Shown here one piece after another: positions 1-12,970 of a DNA stretch of 64,000 nucleotides (within the stretch, counting starts at the first letter, position 1; each line of letters begins with the position of its first letter). Below the pieces are notes generated by a model. That model was given only the letters and a program-made list of their open reading frames with translations. It was not told the DNA's origin and did not search any database. Both the position numbers and the translations under genes were made by a program. The DNA is taken from positions 25,484,001 to 25,548,000 of the forward strand of contig CM097885.1 in NCBI GenBank assembly GCA_044892525.1, written 5' to 3'. Origin of the DNA: Schmidtea polychroa. Lineage: Eukaryota.

Positions 1-1269
1 GTGTGCATGAGTTTTTGAATGATTTTCCGATTGCTCCGGAAAAGATGTGCCCGCCAGATTCGAAAGTTGGGAAGCTGATGCTCACGCATTGGCCGAAGAA
101 GAACTATGTTCTTCATTGGCGACTTCTCAAATTGTATATAGAATTGGGGGCTATAATTAAAACTGTACATAGAGCAATTTAATTTAAGCATGTACCCAAT
201 TTTTAAAGATTATATAGAGACCAATACTATTTTGCGCTCAAATTCTACATGCGAGCTGCACAGAGATTTATATAAACTATTTAATGATAGTCTGTATGGG
301 AAATCCGTGGAAAACCTTAAAAAACGGATGAATTTGAGGCTATGCAATTCAGCTGAAAAGATGATTGTATGTGCTTCAAAGCCGACTTTCAAGAAAGCAA
401 TCAAAATTGATGATGACTTGATTGCTGCACATCTAAATAAGGATTCTATGTGTTTAGACAGGCCTAGCTACATTGGCCAATCTGTGCTAGACCTGTCTAA
501 ACTGAGGATGTACCAGTTACAGTATATAGAATTGGCAAAATATCGTCTAGAGTTTAACTGTGATATAAATATCGATTCCGGCGAAACAGACTCCTTTCTC
601 TTTGAGATCAATCACTGTAAGCTTGACACTCTTTTGCCGGCAATGATTCGTGATAATCTTTTAGATACTAGCAATTATGATCCTGCTCATCCTTTGCATT
701 AAAAGAGCTTGGATTCTGTGATAGGGAAATTTAAGGACGAAAGTAAAGGGCTTGGTTATAAAGAGTGGGTTTTCTTGCGCTCTAAGTGTTATAATTTGTT
801 AGGAGATAAGGCAACACTTAGGGCTAAGGGAGTTCAGCTTGGTAATACTGAGATAAGGCACCAGTCTTATTTAGACTGCTACAACAACAGCGTAGTATAT
901 ACAGTGCTGCAAACGAGAATAGGTACAAGAAATCACCAGCTCTTTACTTTTAAGAATAGCAAAATAGCCTTGTCGAACAACGATGACAAGAGACTATGGG
1001 TGGGGCCTAATTCCAGTCTGGCATATGGGCATTATTTAGGATTTGACGAAACTGATGATGGTCAGATATTTTCTGAAGTAGGACAACTTTTTGGTTGCTT
1101 GAGTCCTGACTTTGATGAGGAATCAGATCCGGATAATGTTGGTCAGATATTCGAAGAGATTGGCCCACTTTTTGGTGGCTTGAGCCCTGATTTTGATGAA
1201 GAATCAGACGATCAAATTTACGTTCCGGAAATCGGAATCGATATTGACGATGTGATTTTATCTGATTAA
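1..1269 (+). pseudogene. Protein-primed type B DNA polymerase (pPolB) of Polinton/Maverick type, C-terminal part, disrupted
   Basis: From position 3 reads VHEFLNDFPIAPEK..KLMLTHWPKKNYVLHWRLLKLYIELG, then a stop at 180-182 and a +1 frameshift near 199. Continues YKLFNDSLYGKSVEN (PolB KxxxNSxYGK), SGETDS (decayed DTDS), a stop at 700-702, then GKFKDE, LRSKCY, AKGV and DDKR. Runs off the window start. Confidence 0.88.
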
Positions 1270-1560
1270 TCTGTTATTTAATATATTTTTTCAAAAAATA
1301 ATCTTTATATTGTTTTATATTGTTTTATTTAAAACTGGTTATAGTTTTCAAGGTTCTTACAGCAGTTAAATGCCTGTATAAATGTATAAAAATTTGATTA
1401 TTTCACACAAGTGTTAACTTTTGTAAGAATTTTTATAATAATATATTTTTATTGTGTAATAGTGTTGCAGTGGGTACGCAACATTAATTATTTTTTATAG
1501 TACTTTTTATTGTTGATATTTTATGGTTTAAAAACTCTAAAGGAAATTTGACACCGAAAC

Positions 1561-1578
1561 AATAATAATATTAATAAC

Positions 1579-1645
<67 letters not shown>
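1561..1645. repeat. (AAT)n microsatellite
   Basis: Direct reading; the other pPolB copy has a similar tract downstream (49838-49898). Confidence 0.95.
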
Positions 1646-1730
1646 TTGATTAAAACTTTGAAAATAATAATATTAATTTTGAAAATAACATCTTCCGCGC
1701 GGGCGTTAATATCTTTCCCAATAATAATGA

Positions 1731-1900
1731 TAAATTAAATTATTGCGTAATCGATAATTAAAACATTAAAAAATATTATTGTATAATCAACGATTTAAAC
1801 AAAATTAAATTATTACGTAATCGACAATTTAAAAATATATAATTATATAATCAATGATTTAGACGAAATTAAATTATTACGTAATCGATAATTAAAACAA
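1731..1900. repeat. About 2.5 copies of a ~65-70 bp tandem repeat (AATTAAATTATTACGTAATCGA...), probably subterminal to the pPolB element
   Basis: The motif recurs at about 1733, 1803 and 1867; it is followed by a candidate terminus ...CATCCTATTACT ending at 1936. Confidence 0.75.
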
Positions 1901-4139
1901 ATAAATAGTGTGCTGGAGGTGACACATCCTATTACTTATTTTGTTTATTCAATTGCCAAAATAATTGTGATTACGTAATATAAATCATCGTAAGATGTCA
2001 AAAAATTCATAATTAATTCTAAGATTTTTTTAATAAGTCAAAACATTTTAACATTAAAAAATCAAATAATCTGAAAAATCTGAGCGGAAATCTCAATTTT
2101 GACTTTCTGATTGGTTTACAACCGAGTCACCTCCAAAATGGCGATAATATGATAAGGTTTTATTTGGTACCACCAAATTTCTATTATTTTCCCCGTTATT
2201 TAATGTTGTTTGATTATTTCTAACAATAAGTAACTGATAATTTTTACTTGTTATCCTAGTACAGTAAAACTCCGATTGGTTTTGTGACAATTCAGGTACA
2301 ACTGACTTTATACTAATACCTTTATATATACCCTTCTACCTTCATGTTTTTTTTATTGACTGAAAGACTACATCCTTTAACTTTAAGAAACATTGATTTC
2401 TGGTATAAAATCCCTTTATAATAGACTTTGGAATTGACAAATCAAAGTTTCTTGAATACACTGAATGGTTTGAATCATAAATGACAGTGATCAATGGATT
2501 TTATGTGTAAAAGTTAATGAAGCTTTTAATTCATAATTTCCAAAAAGGAAGATTCAATGAACCAAACAATAATATTAATTTTGCCGCTAAATTTGTTACG
2601 GTATTTTAAAACACTTCGTATTGCTGCTGATGAAACCTCAGTTTTAATAGATCTAGTACTGATTGACCAATCCAATTGAGTCTATCCAAACACACAGATA
2701 GTTTATTTAAGAATGTAATTAGATAATTGTGAGTTTTAAAGTTTTCTAAACGGTGGTTTCAAATTATAATTAAATAGTCTAGAAGCTTTATTACATAGCC
2801 TCAATTTCAAAATATTACGGTCCTAATACAGAGGCAATTACTTAATAATTGAAAGTATTTCCCCCAAAGTATAACCTGATACGTCCGGAAGTCGAGTGTA
2901 GATATCAGTGTAATCTTTCAAAAATAGAACAATGAAAGAAATAGGATAGCGATAAAAAAAGATGGACATTATAAGTTAATGCCATGGGAGCTCGCTAACT
3001 CATAGTTATTTAGAAACGTAATTTAAACCACCTTAAAGAAACATGAAAGAATTGTCATCAGCAAAACTAAAGGTCTTATAAAACTATTTCATTTTCCAAA
3101 TGAAAATTTTCAACATTCTCAGAGACTTGCACTAGTGCAACGGAAATACTCATAAATTCATGTTTTCATATTTATAACTATCTTCCTATGAAAATTAGAA
3201 AAAGTCACGATCATCAAAATTGAGTGTCTCAAAAATCTCAAAGAATCTTCTCCTAGAAAATATTTTTCTCCGTGAAAAATTTAAAATTATTTTTATCGCC
3301 TTTTTGAAGAGACACGAAAAATTTGACTTCAGCAAAAGTGTACATGTCGACAATCTCTAAATTTTTGCGACAAAAATATTTACAAAAACTTTGACACTCG
3401 CACCATAATGAAATGAATTTTAACCCCAAAAATCTTCATTTTTAGCACATTTTTGCACTTTTAAATAAATATTAACATTTTCTTAAGGTCAAAGGAATTC
3501 CTGCCACTAAAAGTGCTATTGGCTATAGTCAGAATTGGCACTGCATTTAAAATCAATCATACAAATTCAAATATTTTTGACCTGAAGATTTTATAACTCA
3601 CATTATAAGCTTTTGTGAGGGGTTTAATAACTTAAAATAAGTTAGAAAGCTTAATCCTCCTACTAATATATAATAACTATATTTTCATTAGTTACAGCAT
3701 GATATTTGTTGACAAATGTAAGTTCTTTACCTATTCTAACCCCATAGAAATTGTACATTTCCATCTCTTGCAGTAATTGTATTAGTATTGTATTAATTAA
3801 AAACCTGACAATGAATCTGTAAAGATATCGATGTTTTTGTGATAAATCAAGTTTTTAATAAATATAATGTCAATTGAAAAGAAATCAGTAGAGAAAATTG
3901 AAAAAAGTTCTGATAATTGTATTAGTCATTATAATGTCATGAGTGAAGTTGTTTATCGTGGTTTTTTTACAAAGATTGAAAAACATACAACATTTTATAC
4001 AACATTAATTTATTATAAATTATCTCTAAAATCTTCCTAATTCCGCTGGTAAGTGGATCTTTTCATATAATTGTTTTGTTTTCTTTAGATTATATTCTTC
4101 CAGGATACCTTAATAATTATAGATTCATTAATAATTATG

Positions 4140-4530
4140 CCGTTTTATGCTCCAACATCTGGATTCGATACAGATCTAGTCTGAACTAAATAATGCAATT
4201 AAAGTTTCCAAGCACTGAAGAAAAGGTTGTGCGAGACACCTATTCTCAACTATCCAAAAAGAGGTATAACAGTTATCTTGGATACAGATACTAGATTTAG
4301 AACTATCGGAGCTGTTTTGAGTATAATTAAAGAAGACGGAGAAAAGTTTGTTATAGTTTATGGTTCAATACATATGGAAGTGCGTGACAAAGCCTACCGT
4401 GTAACCAGAAAAATACTTCTCGTAGTACATGAATATGTCATACATTTTAGAGAACACGGCAAATATTTATGATTCTCACCGACCACAAAGCATTGTTGTT
4501 TATGAATACTACAAAGATACCAATCAGTCC
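4140..4530 (+). mobile_element. Decayed Ty3/Gypsy RNase H fragment
   Basis: TPILNYP..ILDTD..TIGAVLS..VIVYGS..TRKILL, then TDHKALLFM in another frame; aligns with the pol RNase H encoded at 55150-55440. Confidence 0.75.
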
Positions 4531-6218
4531 CGATAAAAAAGATATATGCTTAGATAACTTGATTGAAAAGGAAAACGTGACTATGAATGTCATTTATGCA
4601 TAATTGATAATAGCTAATTGGACATTAAATAAAATCCGCTCAATTGCGCTTTGTGTTAATTTTAATAATAACGGTGATTTTTAATGTTAAATTCTACGTA
4701 ATTATATGATTTCTTTTATATTTAATATGAATATTTTCAAATATTTTTTAGATTTTATGATAAGAGGTAAAGCATTTAAAAAATATATTAATTCAAACAT
4801 GAAGAAAATCTTAACATTAATCCTAAAATGCCTTGTTTCATCATACATTTAGGATAAAACCTTTTAATGTGATGATAGTAATTTTTCAAATTACTCTATT
4901 GCCAAAAATATATTATTGAAATTTATTCTGCTAAAATCATGAGCTCAGGAATCTTTAATCCTTTCTCCATTTTAAATTTTAATAAATACGATCTTGGTGG
5001 AGTTCAAAAATGGGTTAGCATCAGAGATATCCTTAAATGTACTCATATTAAATCGTTTTAAGATTAAAAATTTGGAGTTTATTAAATATCCTGGAGTTTA
5101 ATTAATGTCCATTTGTGTGTAATTTTAATTATGTAGATTTTGTAAACAAAGTATTTATTTTTCTTCGAGCAATGAATTTTTCTATCCTTCTATAGTGTAA
5201 GCCTGTGGTTCTCAAAGTATGGCAAGAGTTAGCCTTTTTATTGGTACTTTTTAAACTTCCATATTTGTTAAAGTTTTCGAAACAATTACCCTAATCTTGA
5301 AATCAATAATTATTGTTTATTATTAATCTACAATTCAAAGAGAAAATTTGCCAATAATATTAATGAATGATTTTAAAAAATTTTAATTTTTTAAATTGGG
5401 ACTTATTAAAATATTGTGGGCATCACTGGTGAAAGCTATTATTTAATGTCACTTGGCTATGACACACACACACACATTTATTATAGGTAGACTTTATTTA
5501 TATTATTAATCTTTAAATACATATCCATTTAGCCATCTTCAAATGCCCTCTGGTGTGTTTTTGCTGAGCAATATGAAAGGCAAAAGAAAGAGTGGTGATA
5601 TGGCAGTCTCAGAGTACAAGATATGTGACTCTCCTCATATCCAAATGTGCTATGCAAGGAACTCTACAATGTCGTATTGTGATATCCACGCAACAGAAAC
5701 ATGTGCAATGTGAACCTCTTCGCTGTACTTCTGTAGGTACGAATAGACCAAGCAGCGTGTTCATAAAACGTGATCGCTTTCCATCATTCTCTTCTACTAC
5801 TGTCTTTCCTTTCGTATTTCCCGGAAAACCATTTGTGGTCGAGCTAAGGAAACAAATCTCCAGTCACCGTTTTGCACGTAATTCTCTCACAAATCCATAA
5901 TCGAACTAACCGCCGTTTACGGTGCTGCAAACATCGAAATACTGATTTCAAAATTAAATTTCTTACGACTAGTCAAATTTTATGTGCCTCATCCACCCGA
6001 TGTACATAGTGCAAGTAACTAACGGTACGCTGTGTTGCGCATGAAACATACCATAGAATACAAAATCCAAATTGATGCGCAAATTTTCATAATAAATACT
6101 GTAAAAAACAAAAACAATTCAAAATCAGTTGAAATTAAAAATAAATTTTTAGTTAATTCAAGTAGAAATTTTATAAAAAAGTAAAGTCGTATTAAAATTT
6201 TATTAGAATATTATAGCT

Positions 6219-6515
6219 TTAATTAAATGTTGAAGGGTCTTTGTCTGGTTTTTCTGTAAACTCAGCCATAATTTGCTCAATTTGACTAGTTTTAATACCA
6301 CAAACACCTTTAGAATATTTAGGAATATTGTACTTCTGACGATGGTAATTATTAGCAATTCGTAAAAAACTTTTAATTTCACTTTCAGAAATCTTTGATT
6401 CAAAATTAGTTGAGCCGATTTTATTTCTTACATAATCACCAAAATTATTACCGGGTTTTGTGATTTTCGGTAATTTATTCAAAATTTTAATTATTTCATT
6501 AAAGGGTCTATTCAT
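6219..6515 (-). CDS. UQCC2: Ubiquinol-cytochrome c reductase complex assembly factor 2-like protein (UQCC2/Cbp6 family), 98 aa
   Basis: FNEIIKILNKLPKITKPGNNFGDYVRNKI and EIKSFLRIANNYHRQKYNIPK..CGI resemble, from memory, the UQCC2 segments [30 protein letters not shown] and [20 protein letters not shown]. Intact ATG-to-stop ORF of suitable size. Confidence 0.62.
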   Translation of the reverse strand: MNRPFNEIIKILNKLPKITKPGNNFGDYVRNKIGSTNFESKISESEIKSFLRIANNYHRQKYNIPKYSKGVCGIKTSQIEQIMAEFTEKPDKDPSTFN

Positions 6516-6761
6516 AAAGCTAAAATAAATATAAATTTATTTAAATTTTTACAAAACTGTTAAAAATTACATTAAATTAAAAAATTATGCTAATAAATAA
6601 GGTAAATTAAAATAAAATCCTGATGACGAATATTAAAACAAATATATTTAATTATATTTAATTTTAATAATATATATTCTAGTAAAGATGGTAGGTTCGA
6701 ATTTTTATTTTATATTTTTTTTTCTTTAATGTTAAAAAAATTAATTATTTCATAAGTTTAA

Positions 6762-7335
6762 CCCTTTTTTGAGTTTTAAGATGAATAGACGACATTTGAA
6801 CAATTTATCTTCATTCCAATTATGATGAAAGCTTGTAGAAATCATGTATGCATTTTAAACTCTTAAGTCTATTGTATTGAAAATACACTTATTTGGTCAT
6901 CTGTTGGTTTTACGTGAAATCTCAACTATTAACACATTGAGCGATTGTGTCTACCACACCTTTTGTTCTATTTTAGTACAATATTAGTTCTACTTTTTTG
7001 TCTTCTCTCTTTGACAATGAAACATGATTCACAGACAACAGAACGTTAATTGCATTCCACTTTTTATCGCATATGAACCAAGAGTAAGTCACGATTTTTG
7101 AATCCCCAAAATGAAGGAAACTACTCACGCTAGGAATTTGTTAACAATTTAGGCGGAATTTGTTGTTTGTTAGATTTAGAATGTTCCAACTATTCGATCA
7201 ATTATTCCAATTAATCGATTATTTAACAAACTTTGAGCTAGTGGAACTGATGTAAAGAAATTATCAGTTGTGAGATTGCGACTTCTATTGTTCAGAGACC
7301 TTGAAAAATCTTCAAGTAATCTCTGACTAAATCAA
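6762..7335 (-). mobile_element. piggyBac transposase relic with candidate TTAA|CCCT end
   Basis: Minus strand reads RNLTTDNFFTSVPLAQSLL, VGT..SNKQQIP and ELILY*NRTKGVVDT (PGBD motifs) with stops and frameshifts. TTAA at 6758-6761 is followed by CCCT. Confidence 0.75.
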
Positions 7336-7679
7336 TAGAAGTTTGAATGACATGTAAAATAAGAATTTGTATGATTGAAAAGTTTGAAATGGATCACAAT
7401 TGATTATTAAAACGCATTAACAAATTTATTGCCGATTAAAGGAAAGGAAGAAACCAAATCATAAATTCAATACATTTTATTATTATTGTCATTTTCATGT
7501 TTGCATTGTACTTCTCATATTGCATACTTATTTATTAATAAAATTATATAGAATGTGTATTTGACCTATTTATTTTTGATTTAACCTACATTTATCCAAC
7601 TGTGTCCTATTTTTAATGTCAATTTTACCTGCATAAAACTCTTCAAAATTTCGTGAAAAACTTTAAAAATGATAAAAAA

Positions 7680-7839
7680 TCATCGACCTTGATTTGACTT
7701 CCATAAAGACTTTGAAAAATTTCGTTATGAAACATCGAAGATCGTTGAAAATCATAAAACTTGGTTACCTACATAAAAATACTAGGAATTTTAGGGGAAA
7801 CCCTCAGCAATGATCCGGTGGTGACCAATATCATCTACT
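7680..7839 (-). mobile_element. Isolated Polinton-family terminus (...GGTGACCAATATCATCTACT)
   Basis: Resembles the right end of the 48700-57110 element (...GGTGACCATACCATCTACT) and has a GACCTTGA motif upstream. No partner end with a matching TSD was found. Confidence 0.5.
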
Positions 7840-8299
7840 TTTATAAAGTCGATTTTTGTGTTTCATTTTGATTCGATAAAACAATTGATGAAAATCTTTT
7901 AATTGTTTTTGTCATCTTCATAAATTTTATTAATTTTTAATATTTTTGCTTTCATTAAAACCTAAAATTTTCTTGAATAAAATTATTTATTTAAATTTTT
8001 ATTTAAATCACATTTTAGTTATTTTAGAATTTTTTTGTCTAAAATTGGTTCACATTTTCTATTTTAAAGTAGTTTTTTTTTGTGGTCTCACATGTCATTT
8101 AAGTTTTTGTTTTTATTTTTCTATTTTGTTTTTTATTATTTAACAACTTCTTGGTACTTTATTTGTCTTAGATGATGTTTGATGTAATAGGCTTAAATCT
8201 TTAATGTTTCTTTGGTGTTGTTTTATTGTTGAGGTTTTATTTACGATGAACATCAAAATCAAATACAGAAAATTAAACGTTGGAAATTGTTCTTAGGCT

Positions 8300-11200
8300 G
8301 TATTGTACAACCCTTGTCCAAAGTTATCCGTCTACATTATCTTTACTCTTACAGCTGGGACTAGAATATCGCCAAATAACCGTTCTTTATATAGAATACT
8401 AAATAAATGCTGTGGATCCAGACGTTACTATTTTGGTCCTTAATTGTTACTCCTGAGACTATTTCTATGTGAAGCTCAATGGTATAGTTCTGCCAAATAT
8501 AGGATCACACATAATTTCATTATTTGCCCCTGGTCTTTACATTTGCTGGTCAGTAGGGATCGATGAGAACGCAACCAGGTTTTACGTATAAAACTTGATG
8601 CTAAATTCCAAGGGAGGTCCATAAATTTTTTTAAATATATTTGTAACATGATCAATAAAAATTCGTGATCTTCTTTTTGTTACAATTAAATTCATGCTGC
8701 TGAAACCATGATCGTATCCTGACGAACTGCAAGCTATAATTTTAGAATTTTTTAACGTTTCCAAATCATCTGAAATGTTACGACCACCACAAGCCAAGTA
8801 ATCTTTAGGACATTTAAAATTTCCCCAAAGGTAAATTAAAGGGTTGGCAAAGATTCTACTTTTTTTTCTTCAAATTCCATATTAATTTCAGATTGCCATT
8901 CGGTTGGTTCAACAATTCGCAATTCTTTAACAATGTAGGAACTGTAGGAAGTCAAAATTCCGACTGAATCTGAACAATTTGCAGATATAGTGTGTTTAGC
9001 CTATTCCTCTTACAATTAATAATACTAATTAAGAATTGAGCAGAAACTGCTTCCAACGACTTCTTTCTTTTCTGAAGATCTTTTAAATATTCTAAATAAG
9101 TGATTGTGCGGCGAATCAATTTGTCTGCATATACCGTATTTCTCCAAAAATATGACACTGACTTTATGAGGAAGTTGAAAGATTCTTAAAGATTAATTAG
9201 AAATTTTGTAAAAATTTAAAATATATTTTTATTGAAAAATATTTTAAAAATAAGAAAGAAATTTATCATTTTTAAAAAATATTTTTATGAAAAAATATTT
9301 TAAGAAAAACTGAAATTTGTTTAAATAACAAAAATAAGAAGAGAAAAGTTTTTTGAGAATATCATTTATTAAAAAAAATTTATGGAATTATTTAGTGATT
9401 TGAAAAAGGATATTCTCTCGGATGAGAATGATAATAGTCCTATTTCAAATTTAGAACAAAGAATCAAATTAGGTCTTGTTTTAAGATCCATATTTTCTAA
9501 ATAAATATAATTTCATTCCAAGTTGTCATTTATTCAAATATAGTCATATCATCTAACTCTCCCACATCGTCCCCATTATTATTCTCTTTCATCACTGGTT
9601 GAATTATCTGGGATTCTAATGTCTATAACACCATTGGGCCAAATTTCTCATGTTTGGCAATGTGACTATCTCTGAATGAATAATTTTTATCCAGATATCC
9701 CTCTCGTAATGAGTTACCAACGCTATCATCCGTGATCCCATCCCAGGATACAACTTCGTGTATGCCTGGCTTGACATAATTCCCACGTTGATTCCGAACC
9801 ATTCACTTCTCGATATAATCATTTATTTCTTCTCGTAGAAAATCTTTGAATTGTTTACTTATTGCAATGTCAAGTGATTGAAAGTATGCTGTCATTCTGG
9901 CGGGTATCATGATCTGATCAATTCTTCTTTCTGTAAGAAAGTTTTTAATGTCTTGTGCACGATGGTGCTGGCCGAATCCCATACAAGCATGCCTCTTTTC
10001 CCGGATCTTAAGACAATTGGTAGCATTAACTCTGTCCACTTCCTTATAACTGTCTGCGTACACCATACCTTTTTCGATTCAAGCACGTATATTCCAGAAA
10101 TATGCATCAGCTTGTCCTTCTTACCTTTCGCTATTATTAGAGGCGCGAGCTTCTTTCCGTCCAATCTAATCCCCCAAATACAAGTCACATGCATGCTTTC
10201 ATAACCAGTCGATGGGATATAAATTGATGATTCCCCTCTTTTGTTGATTGTTGTTTTTGATTCTGTACCCATGAACACGGTAGTTTCGTTCATAGCCACC
10301 ATGTTAGAGAGTTCATATTTCGAAAAATCAATTTTGTCAATAAATTATTTGAATTCAATCGCACGATTAATAATTTGTGCATCATCCAATTTGAATAGGG
10401 TCGTTGATGTTGATAACGACAGTTCATATCTTGAAAAAAACTTTAACCAGTGTTTTGAAGTTTGAATTCATCGGAGGAAATTAAAAATGTGGTATCAAAG
10501 ATAGTGCGAATTTCTAAACATCTGTCCTGCTAACAACCAATCCTACAGATCTCCTGTTAGCGATCCATTCAAATACAACATCTTCTAACCCAGGAAACAG
10601 CATTTGTCAGCCAGAACCCCATTTCGTTTCTCTGCATGTCCATCGACTACTTTTTGAACAAGGTTTTCATATTTGGTTCGCCATTTACGAACTAGTCGAA
10701 GATCTAGCTTTTTGTTCTCGCAGAAAAAAGTAAGATTCTTTCCTTGTGATTCCTCCACGATTGCTTTCTTATATTTGATTGAATAGCTCTTTCGATTTGC
10801 GTTCATTATATGGGCAATAAAAATTACAGTAAGATTTATAAATCTAATACATAATGAATCAAGTTGAATACTTTTATTTATCTCGTATTTACCTGATAAA
10901 TGTATTTAAGTCATATTCTATTATAAAAATCAAGTTTTAAATATTTATTTTTATTTCACAAAAAATAATAATTTTTTTAAATGATAATTATGACATATTT
11001 TTTAGAATTTTATTTAGATGGCAATTCTTATTTTAAAAATTTTTAAATAATAGAAGTGTTAATCCATATGAGCAATTATTCTTTGGTATTGTTTTTGAAT
11101 ACAATATTGTACTTATTTCTGCACTTCAATTTATATTAAAGATGGTTATGGTAAGTCTTATTTTCGGGGTAGGTCTTATTATGGGGGAATTACGGTACTA

Positions 11201-12200
11201 TTGAAGTTTCTCTTTTTTCCAATACTTCTGTTAGAATAGATAGTTCGAAAGGACATCACACATTAAGGCCAAATTTTGAATAAATTGTTTCGATGATGTT
11301 CTTTTATATAATCCATTGAACATGGATTGTTCCGTTTAAGTCCGGTTGTTGTCTTAACTCGTATTTTCGAAATGATGGCATAAAGATTATTAATTCTGCC
11401 AAACTGTTGATACAGTCCTAAAGGAGCAATGAAATAGTCATTAATGGGATTCGAACATCTGCACACTTGCGCATTCGCTCTATTGTTGAAGTTTAATAGT
11501 TTAGTAGTATGATATGTAGAATAGCCAACACAGAACACATGATGATTATTTGATTTAAAAGAAAAAAAACAAGACCTAAAAGCAAGATAAATTCTCTATT
11601 TTTTGAAATGTTTTTGCAAATTCTCCAATTTAAAATATAGTTTTATTTGAAATTAAAAAAACTACTAAAAAAAGATGCCGGAACGTCGTTCCATCACGTT
11701 CGCTTCAATTCACCGCTGCTTAATTCTTATTTTAATAATTAACTGTCACCAAATATATTTTTTGTTATTTTACACTGATATTGCGTCAAGGTCATATCCC
11801 AAGCAACCCCATAAATTGAGTTAGCAATTCTATTATATTTTATCTGTCATTGTTTAGTCTAGAAATAATGCTAGTGAAAATTTATCATTATACTTCAACT
11901 GTTCAAAATTATTGATTTTTAATGCTGTAGAAAAATGAAATATGTTATCTGAACAAAATTCTCAATAAATATCTTTTTAATATTAAACGTGTTTTATGGT
12001 AATTAAATATTTATAACAATTCAAATACCTTACCAATCATATATGATTATTTCCCATTATCCGGATACATATTCCTACGATTGTAAAACTACTAAAATAA
12101 TCAGCCAATAGAATTGCAGTATGTGTGCAAAACAATTCACAATTTGATTATCGTCAATAACAACAGTTAGATATTAAAACAATGGATAAAATCTATCATT
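8300..12200 (-). pseudogene. Decayed minus-strand coding sequence of unknown family, split by the pogo insertion
   Basis: Removing 9134-11195 plus one TA restores the in-frame reading ...LEKRETSIV|YADKLIRR.... There is an acceptor TTTTAG near 11577 and a donor G|GTAAG near 12033. Several in-frame stops. Confidence 0.4.
9134..11195 (-). mobile_element. pogo/Tigger-type (Tc1/mariner superfamily) DNA transposon, transposase decayed
   Basis: TIRs CCGTATTTCTCCAAAAATATGAC and CCGTAATTCCCCCATAATAAGAC (18/23) flanked by TA. Fragmented ORFs 10585-10806 (RKSYSIKYK, Brinker-like DBD), 9907-10302 (MNET..STG..LVWDSA) and 9803-10066 (IPARMTAYFQSLDIAISKQFK; DDE_1). Confidence 0.85.
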
Positions 12201-12263
12201 ACTAGGTTTTTAGATTTGTCCAAATTTTATCAAAATTTCAATTGTGGATATATTTTTAATAAC

Positions 12264-12381
12264 ATGAGTAATAAGCTAATTTTACATTTTGATGCTCGAA
12301 ACACATTATTTGTGTCGGATTTTAATTCTCGCTTCACGACAGAGAAAGCACTCAATACTTATATTTCTGGTCTGGCATGGG
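12264..12381 (+). CDS. Exon 1 of an uncharacterised conserved HAD-fold-like protein (359 aa in total)
   Basis: ATG at 12264 gives MSNKLILHFDARNTLFVSD...LNTYISGLAW-G, with a HAD motif I-like LHFD. Phase-1 donor G|GTTAGT at 12382 joins in frame to exon 2. Confidence 0.85.
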
Positions 12382-12970
12382 GTTAGTATAATATTTATTG
12401 AATTTGTTTTGATTAAAAAATAATTTTTATTTTAAATTTAATTTTAATCTTATTTAATTTTAATTAATTTATTATTTTGAATTTTCGGATTTTGGTGGAA
12501 AACTTCGAAAGTCGGATCGCTATTTGTATAATATTGATTTCTATTCTAGATTTTGTTTAATTAATACTTGTGTTTCTTCCCATGAGATTTGATGAGAATT
12601 TTCAGTCCTAATCCTCATTTCCTTTATCTCCTCATTTGTCTCCTTCATATCCTCATTTTTATCCAAAATTCAATAAAGTTATACACTAAGTGGCAACTGA
12701 TTGCTAAAATTGATAAAATTGTAAATTATGGACGATTCGGTTTATAAATTTTTAAATTTTGATAAAGATAATCGGTTGCACTTGTAAACAGTTTCTGTGT
12801 ATTGACTAATTTTTTGGTCTCCAGAGGTGATTATGATTTTTCATACGCCATGTTTACAAGTTTACAGATTTGTCTTGTGATGTGATTTCCAGTGTACCGG
12901 GGAAAGTATGCAATTGAGTTGAATCAGCAATATTGTATACTTACCTGGCGCGAGGAGAAATTTTCGCGTC

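Noticed and set aside
5540..6060. GC-richer island with ORF 5592-5900
   Set aside because: No recognisable motifs; the minus-strand frames contain stops. Not assignable by eye.
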